Shown here: positions 12,761 to 25,800 of the stretch, piece after piece | How positions within the stretch are numbered: position 1 is the stretch's first letter | Layout: every line of letters begins with the position of its first letter | DNA from: Eledone cirrhosa | Lineage: Eukaryota | Assembly (NCBI GenBank): GCA_964016885.1 | Contig: OZ024747.1 | Location: forward strand, 38,068,001 to 38,132,000 | Length of the DNA stretch: 64,000 nucleotides | Direction: 5' to 3' | The notes under the pieces: generated by a model | Told to the model about the DNA's origin: nothing | The model's input: the letters and a program-made list of their open reading frames with translations, nothing else | Databases searched by the model: none | Translations under genes and position numbers: made by a program

Positions 12761-13004
12761 TGATTGTTGATTTGTGGTTCTATGAGAACTGTGTTTAGGA
12801 AATAATCGTAATGTTCACAACGGGAATGTCTATGATAGTAGAGTTACCCGTTCAGATAATAATATACATGACATAGAGAATAAGAACAACAGTAAGCTCA
12901 ACCACAACAGTAGCAATACTCGGATTTTATGAGAACTTATCCCTTAACAAACATTCAAAATTGCTAACATTCGATAATAATAATAATAGCCACAGCAACG
13001 AACA

Positions 13005-14790
13005 AGAAGGAGGAGGAGGATGAGGAGGCGGAGGAGCAGGAGTATGAGGAGGAGGAGGAGAAGGAGAAGGAGGAGGAGGAGGAGGAGGAGGAGGAGGAGG
13101 AGGAGGAGGAGGAGACGATAAATAAATCAGATAATGTATAGGAATGCAATAAAGAGTTTTAAGTGAAATAAAAGAGAGTGAAAGAAAAAGGTAAAGGATG
13201 AAAAGTAAAAGAGGATGAAAGACAAAAATAAAAGGAAGAAAATGTAGAAGATGAGGTGGTAGAGAAGAAGTGGAAATAAGATAAGAGAGAAAAGGGAAAG
13301 ACTATAATGAAACAAATATTATTGTTGTTATTTACCCTTATGTCAAAGCAAATTGAGTGGGCCTATCGTCAAAGGCCTTCCAGTCGTGATCACCCTCTCT
13401 TTTATTCGGGCATAGTGTATCTAGTTTTATGAAATACTAGGCTGTAATTAGAGGGATAGTTAACAGATATGTCTTGAAGGAATAGCGATCATTTAGAGGC
13501 TAGATGAATTTGCGGGTGGAGAATGTATTCAATTGAAGTTGATATGAGTAAATTACTGGTATTAGTTACTCTATTGAACATGGAGTGTGTTGAAAGGCAA
13601 AATCATTTTAAACAGGTTTTGAAATCAGGTGTTAAAATAACAAAACTAAATTGTTTATAGGATTCAGTTGGTTAATGTATTATTTCTAATACTCAGCGAC
13701 CCTTGAAAAAATAAAGTACTAGAAGATGGGGAAATAAAAAAAAAAGAAAACAAGTAAATGGAAGATTAAAAGATAAGCAGAAAGTGGGGCGGAGAAGAAA
13801 GATGAAAGGTCGAAAGTGTAGAACGCAAAACAATAAAAATCAACAAAGACAACAACACTGAACGGAAATGGTAGAAAAAAAGGAAGAAAAAGAAGGCGAT
13901 GAAGGTGAAGAGAACATGAAAGAATATGTTAAACGAGAAAATGAATACGTGAGAGGAGTAAAAAGAAGCAGACTTGGAAAAACAAGGGCCGTGACTAGAA
14001 GAAGAAAAGAGTAAGAGAAACGGGAATGATGCTCAGGAGTTAATAAGAAAGTAAATGAAAGTAGTGAAATAGCAAGGTAGAGAAGACGATGAAGGAAATT
14101 GAAAAGAAAACTAGACATGTATAAAACGAAAGATCAAAATGAAGGAGAGTAAAAGAAGAAAGAAGACAAGGAAATATAAGTTGAATGGGAAGATGGTGAT
14201 GCGAGAGGAGAAAGGAGGAATAAGAGAGGAAAAGATACTGAAATAATAAAGAAAAGAAGGAATGTAAAATGAAAGTGGTTGATTTGAAAAGAAAAAGACT
14301 CAACTAGAAAATTGAAGTAATAGACTAAAAAAAGATAAGAAGACGAATGAAGAGAGTGTTAAGAATACTAAGAAGAGAATATTATGAATCAACAAAGATA
14401 GACAGAAAGAGAAAGCCGAAAAATAGAAAAATTCAGAAAAACAAGTCAAAAGGAGAGAAGGATGATGGAGAAGAAAGAGACGAAGAACAATAAAAAACAT
14501 AAATCAAACGTATAAAAGGAAGCTTGAAAGATGTCGGTGAAGGAATATATAAAGGAAAGAAACAAGAAAAGAAGAACGAAATGTATGCTAGGCGAAAAAA
14601 TATTTAGAAAGGCAAATAAAATGAAGAAAAAACGGAAGACAAATAAAACTGGGAATGACTGGAAGTGGTGTTAAAGTATTAAAAAATATTACTGAAGTGG
14701 AAATTCAGTTGCTTAGCACCAAGAATGTAAATGAAAAACCATTAAGGTAGGCAAAAAAAAAAAAAAAAAATCAAAACTGACAAAAGATAA
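13005..14790. repeat. (GAG)n tract followed by a long purine-rich low-complexity region (interrupted by degraded SINE/short repeats at ~13330-13730)
   Basis: Direct reading. The minus-strand Phe/Leu/Ser ORFs are compositional artefacts. Confidence 0.85.
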
Positions 14791-17119
14791 TAATAAAGGG
14801 AAATTTTCAACTGAATATCTCCTGTCTTGAAGTTACCTATTCTAGTTTTTATTAGTGAAAAACGAATGAGTGACACTCGTGCCTCTTCAAGGTCGTTATT
14901 GAAAATGTGTGAAATGATAAATTAAATTTGATATAATTATACCCCCAACTCACACATGTATATAAGAAATTCCTACTGATGACATTCAGGCATATCAGTA
15001 AAAGGAAATGGCAACAAATAAATTAATTTGCTAAATATGTCTTTTGACAAGCTCAAATCATGTAGAGATGGTGAATAGTTGATTCAATCAATACCCGTTG
15101 AAAAAATGTCTTTACTCACTTGGCTTTCAAGACAGTATTAGTTAATTGACAAGAACTGGGAACAGTGAACTAAACCGCAGTCTTAGATAACCTACAATGC
15201 ACATCTTACCTACGTGGTCATCTAATTTATATAAATATAACGATTGTTTCTTATTTCCAAGTGTGCCTGTATATGTATGTATATATAACTCTCTCAAGGA
15301 GTTCTGAGTTTATGATATAGATTTTTTTCTAAGCGATTTCCTTTATTCTGTCTTTTTTCTTCTATATCCAGCCACTTCATTATGTTTACTTTTCTCATCC
15401 ACTCTCTTCTCTCTTCTTTCTAAGCGCATTCTCTCACCGAGCTCTTTGTTGAGACAGATGTTAAAAAGAATTATGGCTTTATTACATGTTGATAAATTCT
15501 ATTTTTAATATATGCAAATGTATATGCACATATGTAATGTATATATATTTCGCGATGCTTCTAGTTACTATAATAATATAATAAATGTAACATCCTTTAG
15601 ATTTATGCATCTTCCTCTCTATATGTGTTAGGTTTGCGTGTTTAGAGCTACAATGTATTTAGATACTACGATCGATTTCATGGTTGGGCAACGTATATTT
15701 TATTGGAATTTTGGAAAGAATAGATAAACATCGCGCTAATGTTTATCTGCAAATGGATATGATGTATTTTGTCAAATAGAGAGATAAATAAATATAATGA
15801 CTGCAGACGTAAGTAGTATGTCGAGTAATTGCCTTGCTAGTCTGACGTATTTGACAATTTCTATATTTCAAATCATATATTTATGCAGAAGGTGATATAT
15901 TACATAGCTCACGGTTTTTATTTTGCCAACATTGTTATTCATAAGAATTTAGTATAATCGTGTTAAATCAAAGTAGTATAATCATGCCTGATTTTAATGG
16001 TTTATAATGTTCTGTAGAATGTATAATAGAGCATATATTTGGCACACATCTGACTTACAGCCTAAACATAGAGAATTGAGTAACCCCAGTAAGTGGGCAA
16101 TTTACAGATATTATGATTACCACAAAATAGCCGAGGGATAATAACTCATGAGAGTAGTATTTGAATTTAGTTGTATATTGTCGTATAAACACACACACAC
16201 ACACGCCGATATTACACTACATTATGTAAGCTACTACCTTGTTTCATAACTGGACAGCTAATTTCATCGTAGATAATGCCGCCTTACATCGGCTTGGCAT
16301 TCCTCGGGTTGTAATATTCACAAAAGGCGGCTCCAATCCACAAAATGGTGGTTATTATTTTATATTGATGAATGCATTGACATAGTGTGACAATGTCAAG
16401 GTTAACATACGGTATATCTATGCTGACAAGTTTGAGTTATCTATCTATTGCCAAGCGTTTTCTAACGTCTAACACCCTGAGATGCGAGTAAATATTATGT
16501 AAATCTATTTGAAATGTTTGGCGTATTTGCGTCTTCAAAACAGATTGCAAATGCATAGCTAAGCCAAGCTTCTAATATAAACAACAAATGTTCTCAAATT
16601 CAACATTATGTGTTGATTACTTTTTTCATTCAATTGCACCCACATTTGCAGCCTCAACCCCTCATATCCTCATATATATATATATATATATATATCCCAC
16701 TATATATTTTGTCATACTTCAATGCTATAGAAATTCTTGTCACACCCATGTTACTATTAATTCAATTTCATTCCAGACAGTGTTCACAACGTTAGTATCT
16801 ATGTAATAGAATAAATATCTAACCAACATCCATCTCCTCCTCTAATTCTCTCTCTGTTATTCAGCCCACCTACATGGCCACCTATCTACATACCAATCGA
16901 TCGATTTATTATATCAACCTGCATATATGAATGCAGTTTTACTTGATATATGTATATGTGTCCTCACATATATACTTAGTTTATGTATACAAATAATATT
17001 CTGCCGATGAAATAACTAATACTTTCACAATTTTTACTATTCAACTATTCATACAGCAACAGTTTACAAATTCTAATTCTGCATCTTCCTTTAACATCAT
17101 GAAATGTCTACAGCACATA

Positions 17120-17245
17120 TTGTTAGAGCGTTAATCAAAATAAATTGTGATACTTGTTCCATAGCTTAACTTTCTGAGTTCAAATCCCAACAATATCAAT
17201 TTCGGCTTTCAATCTTCAAGGGTCGAGAAAATAAAGTACCCCCAT
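17120..17245 (+). mobile_element. Degraded tRNA-derived SINE
   Basis: ctgagttcaaatccc B-box and gggtcgagaaaataaagtacc, matching the SINE copies at 37.7-38.9 kb. Confidence 0.7.
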
Positions 17246-17364
17246 ACATTTTCTGGACTTGTGCATAAATTCGTTATTATGTTGTTTCTCTGTATTTGGT
17301 ATTTTGTTTGCTAGATACTAAAGTGTCTGCTAAGAGAAGCCTTAGCAGTTCAGAACCATTCTTC

Positions 17365-20300
17365 TTTAACAACAGCAACAACAAAAATAACAGCGGTAAA
17401 GTCGAGAACGACAATAACAAAAATAACAGCGGTAAGGTCGAGAACGACAATAACAAAAATAACAGCGGTAAGGTCGAGAACGTCAATAACAATGACAATA
17501 ACAACAGCCACAACAACAATAATAGTAGTATCAACAAAAACAACAATAATAACATCAGCCACAATAACAGTAACAACAGCAACAGTATCAACGAAAACAA
17601 CAACAACACCAACAACTGTACCAACGAAAACAACAACAATGACACCGATACCTGTAATAACGATTTCAGCACCACCAGTAAGACCAGTAGCGGCAGCTAT
17701 AGTGGTGCTGCTGAAAAAGGGACCACTTCTTTTGCAGGTGTCGCCCAAAATATCGAGACAGTGTTAGTCACAGAGGAGGAGATGGCAGTTGCAAGGGCCA
17801 TGGTGACATGAAGCGCAAATAGAGTTTCCATGAAACCTCCACCCGATTTTTTCAAGGACCAGCAGCTACGGACGGTGACTTACCTCACCGTAAGCAAAAT
17901 CTCACATCAAGTGGAGAGAGCCACGGAGGCTCAAATCCAAAATCGTGAACAGGACGACCATGCTGCAAGTAGAAAAAATAGGGAGAGAGAACTGGTCAGG
18001 TATAGGCATGCAAATGCTTATATAAACTGACCAGGAATGTATCGAGGGTATCCCCGATATCATAGACATCGAGGAAGGACTCCAACTCCCTATAAGTGTA
18101 GAAGGAAGACGGCCAAAATGTTATCTCTGTGGGTCGAAGGGTCACCTCAGGGCCTATTTCCCGCAGAAGACAGCGAAGAAGGCCTCTCTCCTTCCAATAG
18201 CTGGTCCGCTGCTACCAAGAGCAGGGCAGGCAACAAACGAAGAAGCCCTTTCCACGGTGAGTAGGAGGGCAACGTCCGTAGCACCCGTACCTAGGCCACG
18301 AACAATTAAAGCAGCATCATCAGTGCCGGCAACACCAAGAGCTACATTTGAAGTAGCTACACCAGCAACATAATTGCGGAAGATGGTTCCACTACCACCA
18401 CCAACAGCCGTGGAGCACATACCCCTCCCAGACGCCACAGAATCCAACATGGAGTTTGAGGCGGGTGTGAAGTGGCAAAAGGTCTGCCACAAAAAAGAAA
18501 AAAGAAAAAACCCTTAGATTCACCCTCCAAAAGCGAAGGCATAGAAAGTAAAGGCAGCAAGGCAGCAAGGAAACTTGCAGCAACACCACCACCATCACCA
18601 CCACCATCACCAGTGACAACAACAACCACACCACCACCAGCATCACCAAAAACACCAACAACGCAAACACAACAAGACACACACACAAACAGCAACAAGA
18701 AGAAAACAGCAACAAAATCACCCCTCCCCCAAAAAAGTACACAGCCATAAACATGGGAAAAAAAGAACTCATACAATATATAAAGCAGCACACAGACATC
18801 ACAAAAAAAACTATTACACCCCACCAACAACCAACACCAAGAACTCTCCCGACAAACATAAGCATCATCGAAATCTCAATAGAACAGTACAAACCTTTAA
18901 AACAAAAATTCCCCAACGTAGTTGGAGACTTCAAAGGGTCGGTTACCAAGAGGATATACACTGACATCCTCTTGGAAACACCCATGACCAGCGAAAGGGA
19001 CGGTTCTACTGTCCCTTCACCACACGAACAAGGTAAGTGACCCTTTCTTACTTTCCCCGTTTCTCATCCAACATGGCCGTACTCAGAATAGGCAGTATAA
19101 ATGCACGTGGCCTGGGGTCATCTTGGAAGCAGGGTCACCTGCTCAACGACCTCAGGTCACTAAACATAGATGTCGTGGCCATCAGTGAAACCAGAATCTC
19201 TGAAGCACAAGCCTTCGCACCGATCTTCGGCGGTTACGATGTATACGCATCGCCAAGCCGTCCAGGATCGGGGGGTGGAGTGGCCGTCCTTTTTCTGACA
19301 GGCTTGGATCTCGCGATACGGGCCATCTTCCTAGACCCAGAAGGTAAGTCGGTGGTGCTGGACGTGACCGGCAGCGAAGGCAATGCTTTCAGGCTAGTAG
19401 CCGTCTACGCCCAACAGGGGCAGGACGGCGAGATTTCTTCAGACGTCTAGAGACCTTTCTTGGAACGTGCCGCTCTGTAGTGTTAGTGGGCAACTGGAAC
19501 GGTATATTGGATGCACGCTGGGATCGTGTGGGGCTAGTGGATAGGGGAGGAGGGTGCAAGAGCCTCACCAACCTGCTCAGACGTTTTGAATTGTCTGACA
19601 GGTATCGACTGGATCACCCGAATGTGCCAATGTGGACATGGACAAACCGCATCGGGGCATCCAGATCGTATCTCGATAGGGTATTCTGCAGAGAACTAGA
19701 TATGGCTAGTATAAGTTGTCCACAATTTAAAATAGTCGACTACACAGACCACAAATTTGTGATCTGTGAGATCGACATAGACAGACTTCATAGACAAGGA
19801 CCTGGTTACAGGAAGCTGAACGCGTCTTTCCCGGCGCACAATGCCTACAGAGATCGGATTCGCGTATTAGTTAAGCGGGCGTTGACGGGAGCGATCGTCA
19901 ACAACAGGTGGTGGTTCGCCCTGAAAAGGGCTATTAGAGTAGAGTCGATTAGGTTTAGCAAAGGACTAGTGATAGAGAAAAATAGAGTAGAGGGAATGCT
20001 AGTCAGAAAGCTAGAAGAGGCGTTTAGGACAGGCATCGCATCCGACGTGCTTGCGGCGAGATTGGCACTCGACCAATTTTTCAACGCAAAACACGAAGGC
20101 TGCCTTGTCAGAGCTAGAGCGCGTGCTCTGAAACACGAGGGGACAAAAGCCGTCCAATGGGCCCGGGTGGCAGAGGCGCGACGTGGCAACAAAGCCACAA
20201 TTCGGTCTTTGTTTGACCAAAACGGGTGCGTGATGCTCGAACCCGGGCGGATGTGTGAAGCTTTTCAGCAGCACTTTGCTGAACCGTTCGGGAGGGGAGG

Positions 20301-22768
20301 CGGCCCGGACCAGGGCATGAACTTCAGTGCATACATCGACGGACTGCCTCGGCTCTCGACGACCGCAGCACAGCGTTGCCAAAAGCCAATAACAGCCGGT
20401 GAAATACGGGAAGCGATGGCTAACTGCACAAGGGGTAAATCGCCAGGTTTGGAAGGTCTGCTCTACGAGCCTTATGCAGACTTGTTCTGTGATCTCTTGG
20501 CAGACGTCTACTGCAACTGGCAGCAGAACGGAAGCATTCCCAGTTTTGTGAGCCGGGGAGCAGTGGCGCTGCTGAGAAAATACCCGAACAAGGGGGATGT
20601 TATCGATAATTTCAGGCCCATAACCCTGCTAAACGCAGAGTTCAAGATTTTGGCCAAGGTGTTAGCAAAGTGGTTGGAGCTTGTTGTCAAGGGTCTGGTG
20701 GGAGAGGCGCAGATATGCGCCATTCCGGACAGATGCATACACGACAACCTCCACCTCATGCGATACATCATAGAGAGGGTGGTTAAGGAACCTGGCAAGC
20801 GTGGGGTCCTGATCAACTTGGATCAATCCAAAGCATTCGATAGGGTCGACCATCGGTACCTTGCGGCGGTCCTCGTGGCAGCCGGTTCCGGGCCCGTTTT
20901 CATGGGTTGGATCGCAGCAATGTACAGCGATATCTGCTCAGTTGTGAGGGTGAACGGTCACCTGTCGCAGCCGCTCAGCATCATGCGCTCAGTCCGCCAG
21001 GGTTGTCCTCTCTCGTCCCTCTTGTACGTATTGGCTCTCGAGCCGTTACTGCACAAACTGGTGGCGATGAAGGGCGTCCCACGCGAACTAGGATGCGGGA
21101 AATCCGAGTCGGCTTATGCTGACGACGTCACCGTGGTGGTGTCGAGCACCAGACACATTCAGATGCTCGGCACCGCTCTCAAGGAATACGAAACGGTGAC
21201 AGGAGCAAAGATAAACCAGGAAAAGTCGGTGGGCTTGCAGTTTGGCACCTGGAGAGGCAAGTCCATGCCGTACGACAGCGTCGTGGGGCGTTGGACGGAC
21301 GGACCGGTTAAATTGCTCTGGGTCTGGTTCGGACCGGCCCTCCAGATGGAGAAAAACTGGAACTAAGTGACGAGCAGGTTGACCTCCCTCACCCAGAAAT
21401 GGGCTGAAAGGAGCTGTCCCTGAAAGGCCGGGCGGAGGTGACGAATGCGTACATCGCATCCGTCATCTGTTACCGCTTCACCACGTCCCTTGCTCCAGCC
21501 CAACTCTCACCAAAATGGAGCGCCTACTCTTCCGCTTTTTGTGGAAGGGACGCGCTCCCATAGTCAGACGATCCATCTGCTGTCAACACCCGTTGCGTGG
21601 AGGACTGGGCATGCCATGGCTGATGATGCGCAAACATGCGCTGAGGCTGCGACATCTCTGGTGCTTCCTTGATGGTGAACAGGTGTGGTCGCCGTTCGCC
21701 GGCACATTTTTCCACAGCTCGTCCCCTTGACGGAGCTGCAGGCCTGGGTCAGAAAAATACCGACGGATAGCGCTTGGAAACTGGAATGTCTCCAGGCGCT
21801 TACTGCCCTCTGCCAGCTGGGCACCTGTATCGGTGGAACATCCACCTCGGCGTTCTATAGAGGACTAGTGGAGGGAAGAGCGACGACATTCTCGGAGAGA
21901 TCCTGGGCGTCGAAGAAGATCCGCTGTTTACTCTCTTCCGGAGAACTTTCAGCCTGAGGCCTATGGATAACTTCCCAAAATCCCTAACCTGGCAGTGCTA
22001 CCCGGGAGCGCTGTCGGTTCGAGATAAGCTCTACAGGCACGGAAGTGCCGTCAGCCGAGCCTGTCCGAGATGCGCGCAGAGCGACGAAACCGTCGTGTTA
22101 CGCACTCGTTTTGTGCCCGAGCATTGCTGACTTGTGGAGCTATATCGAACAGTTGCTGTCACCTGTGGGACTGATCCGGTTGTCGACTGAGTCCATTGTG
22201 CAGATGGTCTGGCCGTCTTCCATCGAGGAGGATGGGCAGGCGGATTTCATCTACCTGGTGGCCATGGCGAAAGAAATTGTGTCGTGGACAAGATTAAAAG
22301 GGGTAAAGACAAACACTTTCCTCTTCGGCGAATCCCTAATTAACTTTTTCAAGTTTCACTTGAACAGGAAAATCAGGGTGGAGAGGCAAGTGCAGCCTTC
22401 TAGCAAGTTTGTTGAAAGGTGGGTGAATGTAGCGAGAATGGTCCGAGTGAATATACGTATGTAGGTTGAGAGATGGAAAAATTGAGAGAGGGCGCTTGAC
22501 CTGGTGGGCAGGGTGCCCGTGGCCTTTTGTGTGGTTTTAGCCACGAGTAACTCTCGGAGGTTTCTCCCATATTGGGGAATTTTTCATTGTTTCAATTTTC
22601 ATTTTTATTGTTTATATATATATATATATGTTTCTATGTCCTTTTTTTTTTCTTTTCTTATATAAATAATAAAAATCTTTACACGCACAAAACCCACATC
22701 GTACCGTCCTGTCCCGCCTGTAATGTTTTTCTTGATATCTGCCTTGTGGCCAATAAAAGAAATTATTA

Positions 22769-22806
<38 letters not shown>
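17365..22806 (+). mobile_element. L1/Tx1-clade non-LTR retrotransposon, copy A (5' truncated, ~245-bp deletion in ORF1)
   Basis: ORF1 remnants (Asn-rich N-terminus, CYLCGSKGH knuckle, Pro/Thr-rich tail) and ORF2 APE (GSINARG, AISET, YLDRV, TDH) + RT + CPRC finger. AATAAA then (ATT)n at 22763-22806. Confidence 0.93.
19480..21366 (+). pseudogene. Tx1 ORF2 fragment: APE C-half + reverse transcriptase
   Basis: KSPGLEG, FRPITLLN, LDQSKAFDRV, VRQGCPLS, AYADD, INQEKS. Frameshifted from the APE start (19037-19450) and ends at a premature stop. Confidence 0.92.
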
Positions 22807-25800
22807 GAATGCCATGGTTGACGGAGGCTCGGCTCTGTAAGGTATTGTAAATTTTGACCGATATAACAATTGTAAATTGTTTAAAACTTTAACCAAATTG
22901 TAGACAAAAACACCCTCCTCCTCGTGAGAGGGGTCTTTCTGCCCGTTATTTGGCCCTTCGGGGTTAAATAACCGCTTATTGCGGTTTTGTGCCTAATATT
23001 TATTTTAAACAAAAAAAAAAAAACATGGCCACGAAAAATAATTTTCATAGGTCACTCCCACTCATTCCGTCTTCTTCTTCCTCAATCGTCACTACAGCAA
23101 AGAGAAGATTGTCTCTCTCCCTCCCTTCTCTTTCGCAAGCGACGCCAGTCAAGAAAAATCACGTGAAAATCATGGAACATTTCTCCACAACGACGACAAT
23201 GACGAAAAAGGTGTGCTGTAAATACGAAAATCCATTTCATTCGTCTGACGTCATGAATAATAGCAGTAGCAGCCGTAATAACAGCAGCAGCAGCAACAGT
23301 GACAAGGAAAAACAACAGTAGCATCCGAAACACCATCAGCAGCAGCATAAACAACAACAGCATTAGCAGCAACAGCAACAACAACAGCAGCAGCAGCAAC
23401 AACAACAACAACCACAGCAACAGCGACGGCGGCAGTAGTCGTAGTACCTGCAGCAACAACAAAAGTAACAGCAGCTCTGACGACGACAACAACAAGAGCA
23501 GCAAAGAAAAACCAACTTCGTTTGCAGGTATCGCAAAGAACCTGGAAACCATCCTCATAACAAATGAGGAATTACAGGAAGCGAAGAAGATGGTGACGAA
23601 AAGCGGTCACCGAGCAATCTGCAAGGCAGCCGAAACATTTTTCGAAACCCAACAGCACTGTACGGTCACGTACCGTACAGTAAGCAGAAAATCACGTAGG
23701 GTTGAAAGAGCCACAGAGGCTCAAATACAAAAAGCCTTAGGGTCTGTGTGGCAGCGGAAAACGCATATCACCCGAGGCAAAAAATATGTCACCGTAGACG
23801 TGCTTTTTGCCACACCCCAGGAGGCAAAGGCTCAATCCTTAGTGACGCTAAGGAGCGAGGAAATGGTGTTGGTGCCCTCATACTGCGGGCAAAAAATTGT
23901 GAGGGTCAAACTGCCCTACGTCCCCCCCCCGGGATGGCCCCTTTTTGGCTGGCCGCGTCTGTCCTCGTCGGAATCGAGGACAAAACAACTGTACTGCAAG
24001 TACAGAAAAAAGTAAGAGAAGATTGGGTCGGCACCTCCATTGAGATGTTAATCCAAACCAACCAGGAGTGCATAGAAGCTATCCCGGATGTGATAGACTT
24101 CGATAACGGCACTCAACTGCCTATAAGTGTTGAGGGCAAACGCCCGAAATGCTTTCGCTGTGGATCGAAGACTCACCTCAGGGCCTTCTGCAACGGGAAG
24201 ACCCTGAGAAAGGAGAAAACCCCCTCCTTCCGAAACCGGCTCCACGGCTACCAGCAACAGGACAAACGGCAACCAGGAACGATAGGTCCGTGGCACTCAT
24301 ACCCACACCACGGAAATCAAGTACAGCAGCAGCAGTGGAAGTATTAACAACAACAACAGTAATACCAAATGCAGCTGCAACAGAGAGTCCACTGCAAACA
24401 TCACCAACAACAACAAGTGAAAGAGTGGAACTGGTACCCCTCCCCGACCTCACATAATCAGACATGGAGTTTGAGGTGGGAGAGGGATGGCAAAAGGTCG
24501 TAAGAAGGCACACACGCAGAAGCAGCGCATCGTCGCCTTCGAAAAGGGAGGAAAGAAATGAAAAAAGGGTAAAGGCTACTGCAAAGAGATTCACAGCAGC
24601 AACACCACCAACACCATCACCACCCACACTAGCACCACCATCACCACCGGCGACAACTCTACCGCCATCAACAACAACACCTTCAACACCACCACCACAA
24701 GCAGCAACATCGCAACCACAACAACAAAACACACACACCCAGCAACAACGACAAGAAAATAACAGAACCACAGCCCACCTCCAGACAAAACAAATGCACG
24801 GCAATAAATACACGCAACAAGAAACTAATGACTTACATAATATAACACACAGACATTTCACAGCACGACTACATAATACCAGCACCAATCAAAACGCCAA
24901 CGAACATAAGACTGGTAAAAATAGCACAGAAACAATACACAAACATTAAAACGAAATTCTCCAACGCAATTGGTGATTTCAGAGACCTAGGAGGGAATCT
25001 CAACCGGAGAGTATATTCGGACATACTCATAGAAGAGCCGACGACCAGCCGAAGGGGCGATTCAACGGTCTCTTCACCAGACGATCAAGTGAAAAGGGAT
25101 GGAGAAACCATCCTTCCTCTACTTAAAGTACGGTAAGTGGTCTTTCCCATCATTTCCACTCACTCAGAATAGGCAGCATAAATGCGCGTGGCTTGGGGCC
25201 GTCATGGAAGCAGGGTCACCTGCTCAAAGACCTCAGGTCACTAAACATAGATGTAGTGGCCATCAGCGAGACCAGAATCTCCGAAGCTCGGGCCTTCGCA
25301 CCGATCTTCAACGGCTACGACGTGTACGCATCTCCCAGCCGTCCTGGATCGGGGGGAGGAGTTGCTATGCTTTTTCGGAGAGGTTTGGATCTCGCCATAC
25401 GGGCCATCTTCCTGGACCCAGACGGTAAGTTGGTGGTGTTGGATGTGACCAGCGGAGACGGGCAAGCTTTCAGGCTAGTGGCCGTCTATGCCCCGACAGG
25501 AGCAGGGCGGCCTGATTTCTTCCGGCGTCTGGAGACCTTTCTTGGAACGTCCCGCTCTTTAGTGTTAGTGGGCGACTGGAACGGGATCTTAGATGCACGC
25601 TGGTATTGTGTGAGATTAGCGGATAGGGGTGGAGTGTGCAAGAGCCTCACCAACCTGCTAAAGGCGTTTTGAACTGTCTGACAGGTATCGATTGGATTTC
25701 CCGAATGTGCCAATGTGGACTTGGACAAATCGTATCATATCTAGATAGAGTATTTTGTAGGGAAATAGATAGGTCTAGCATAGGCTGTCCACAATTTAAG

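Noticed and set aside
14970-15010. CTGATGA hammerhead core
   Set aside because: The motif is sequestered in a simple hairpin; no stem II-GAAA-stem III arrangement
15113-15205. Minus-strand AG...GTGAGT exon candidate
   Set aside because: Stop codons in all three frames; no supporting neighbouring exons
22905-22945. HDV-like ribozyme (ctcctcgt resembles L3)
   Set aside because: No P1 partner upstream and no GG for P1.1; a simple hairpin explains it
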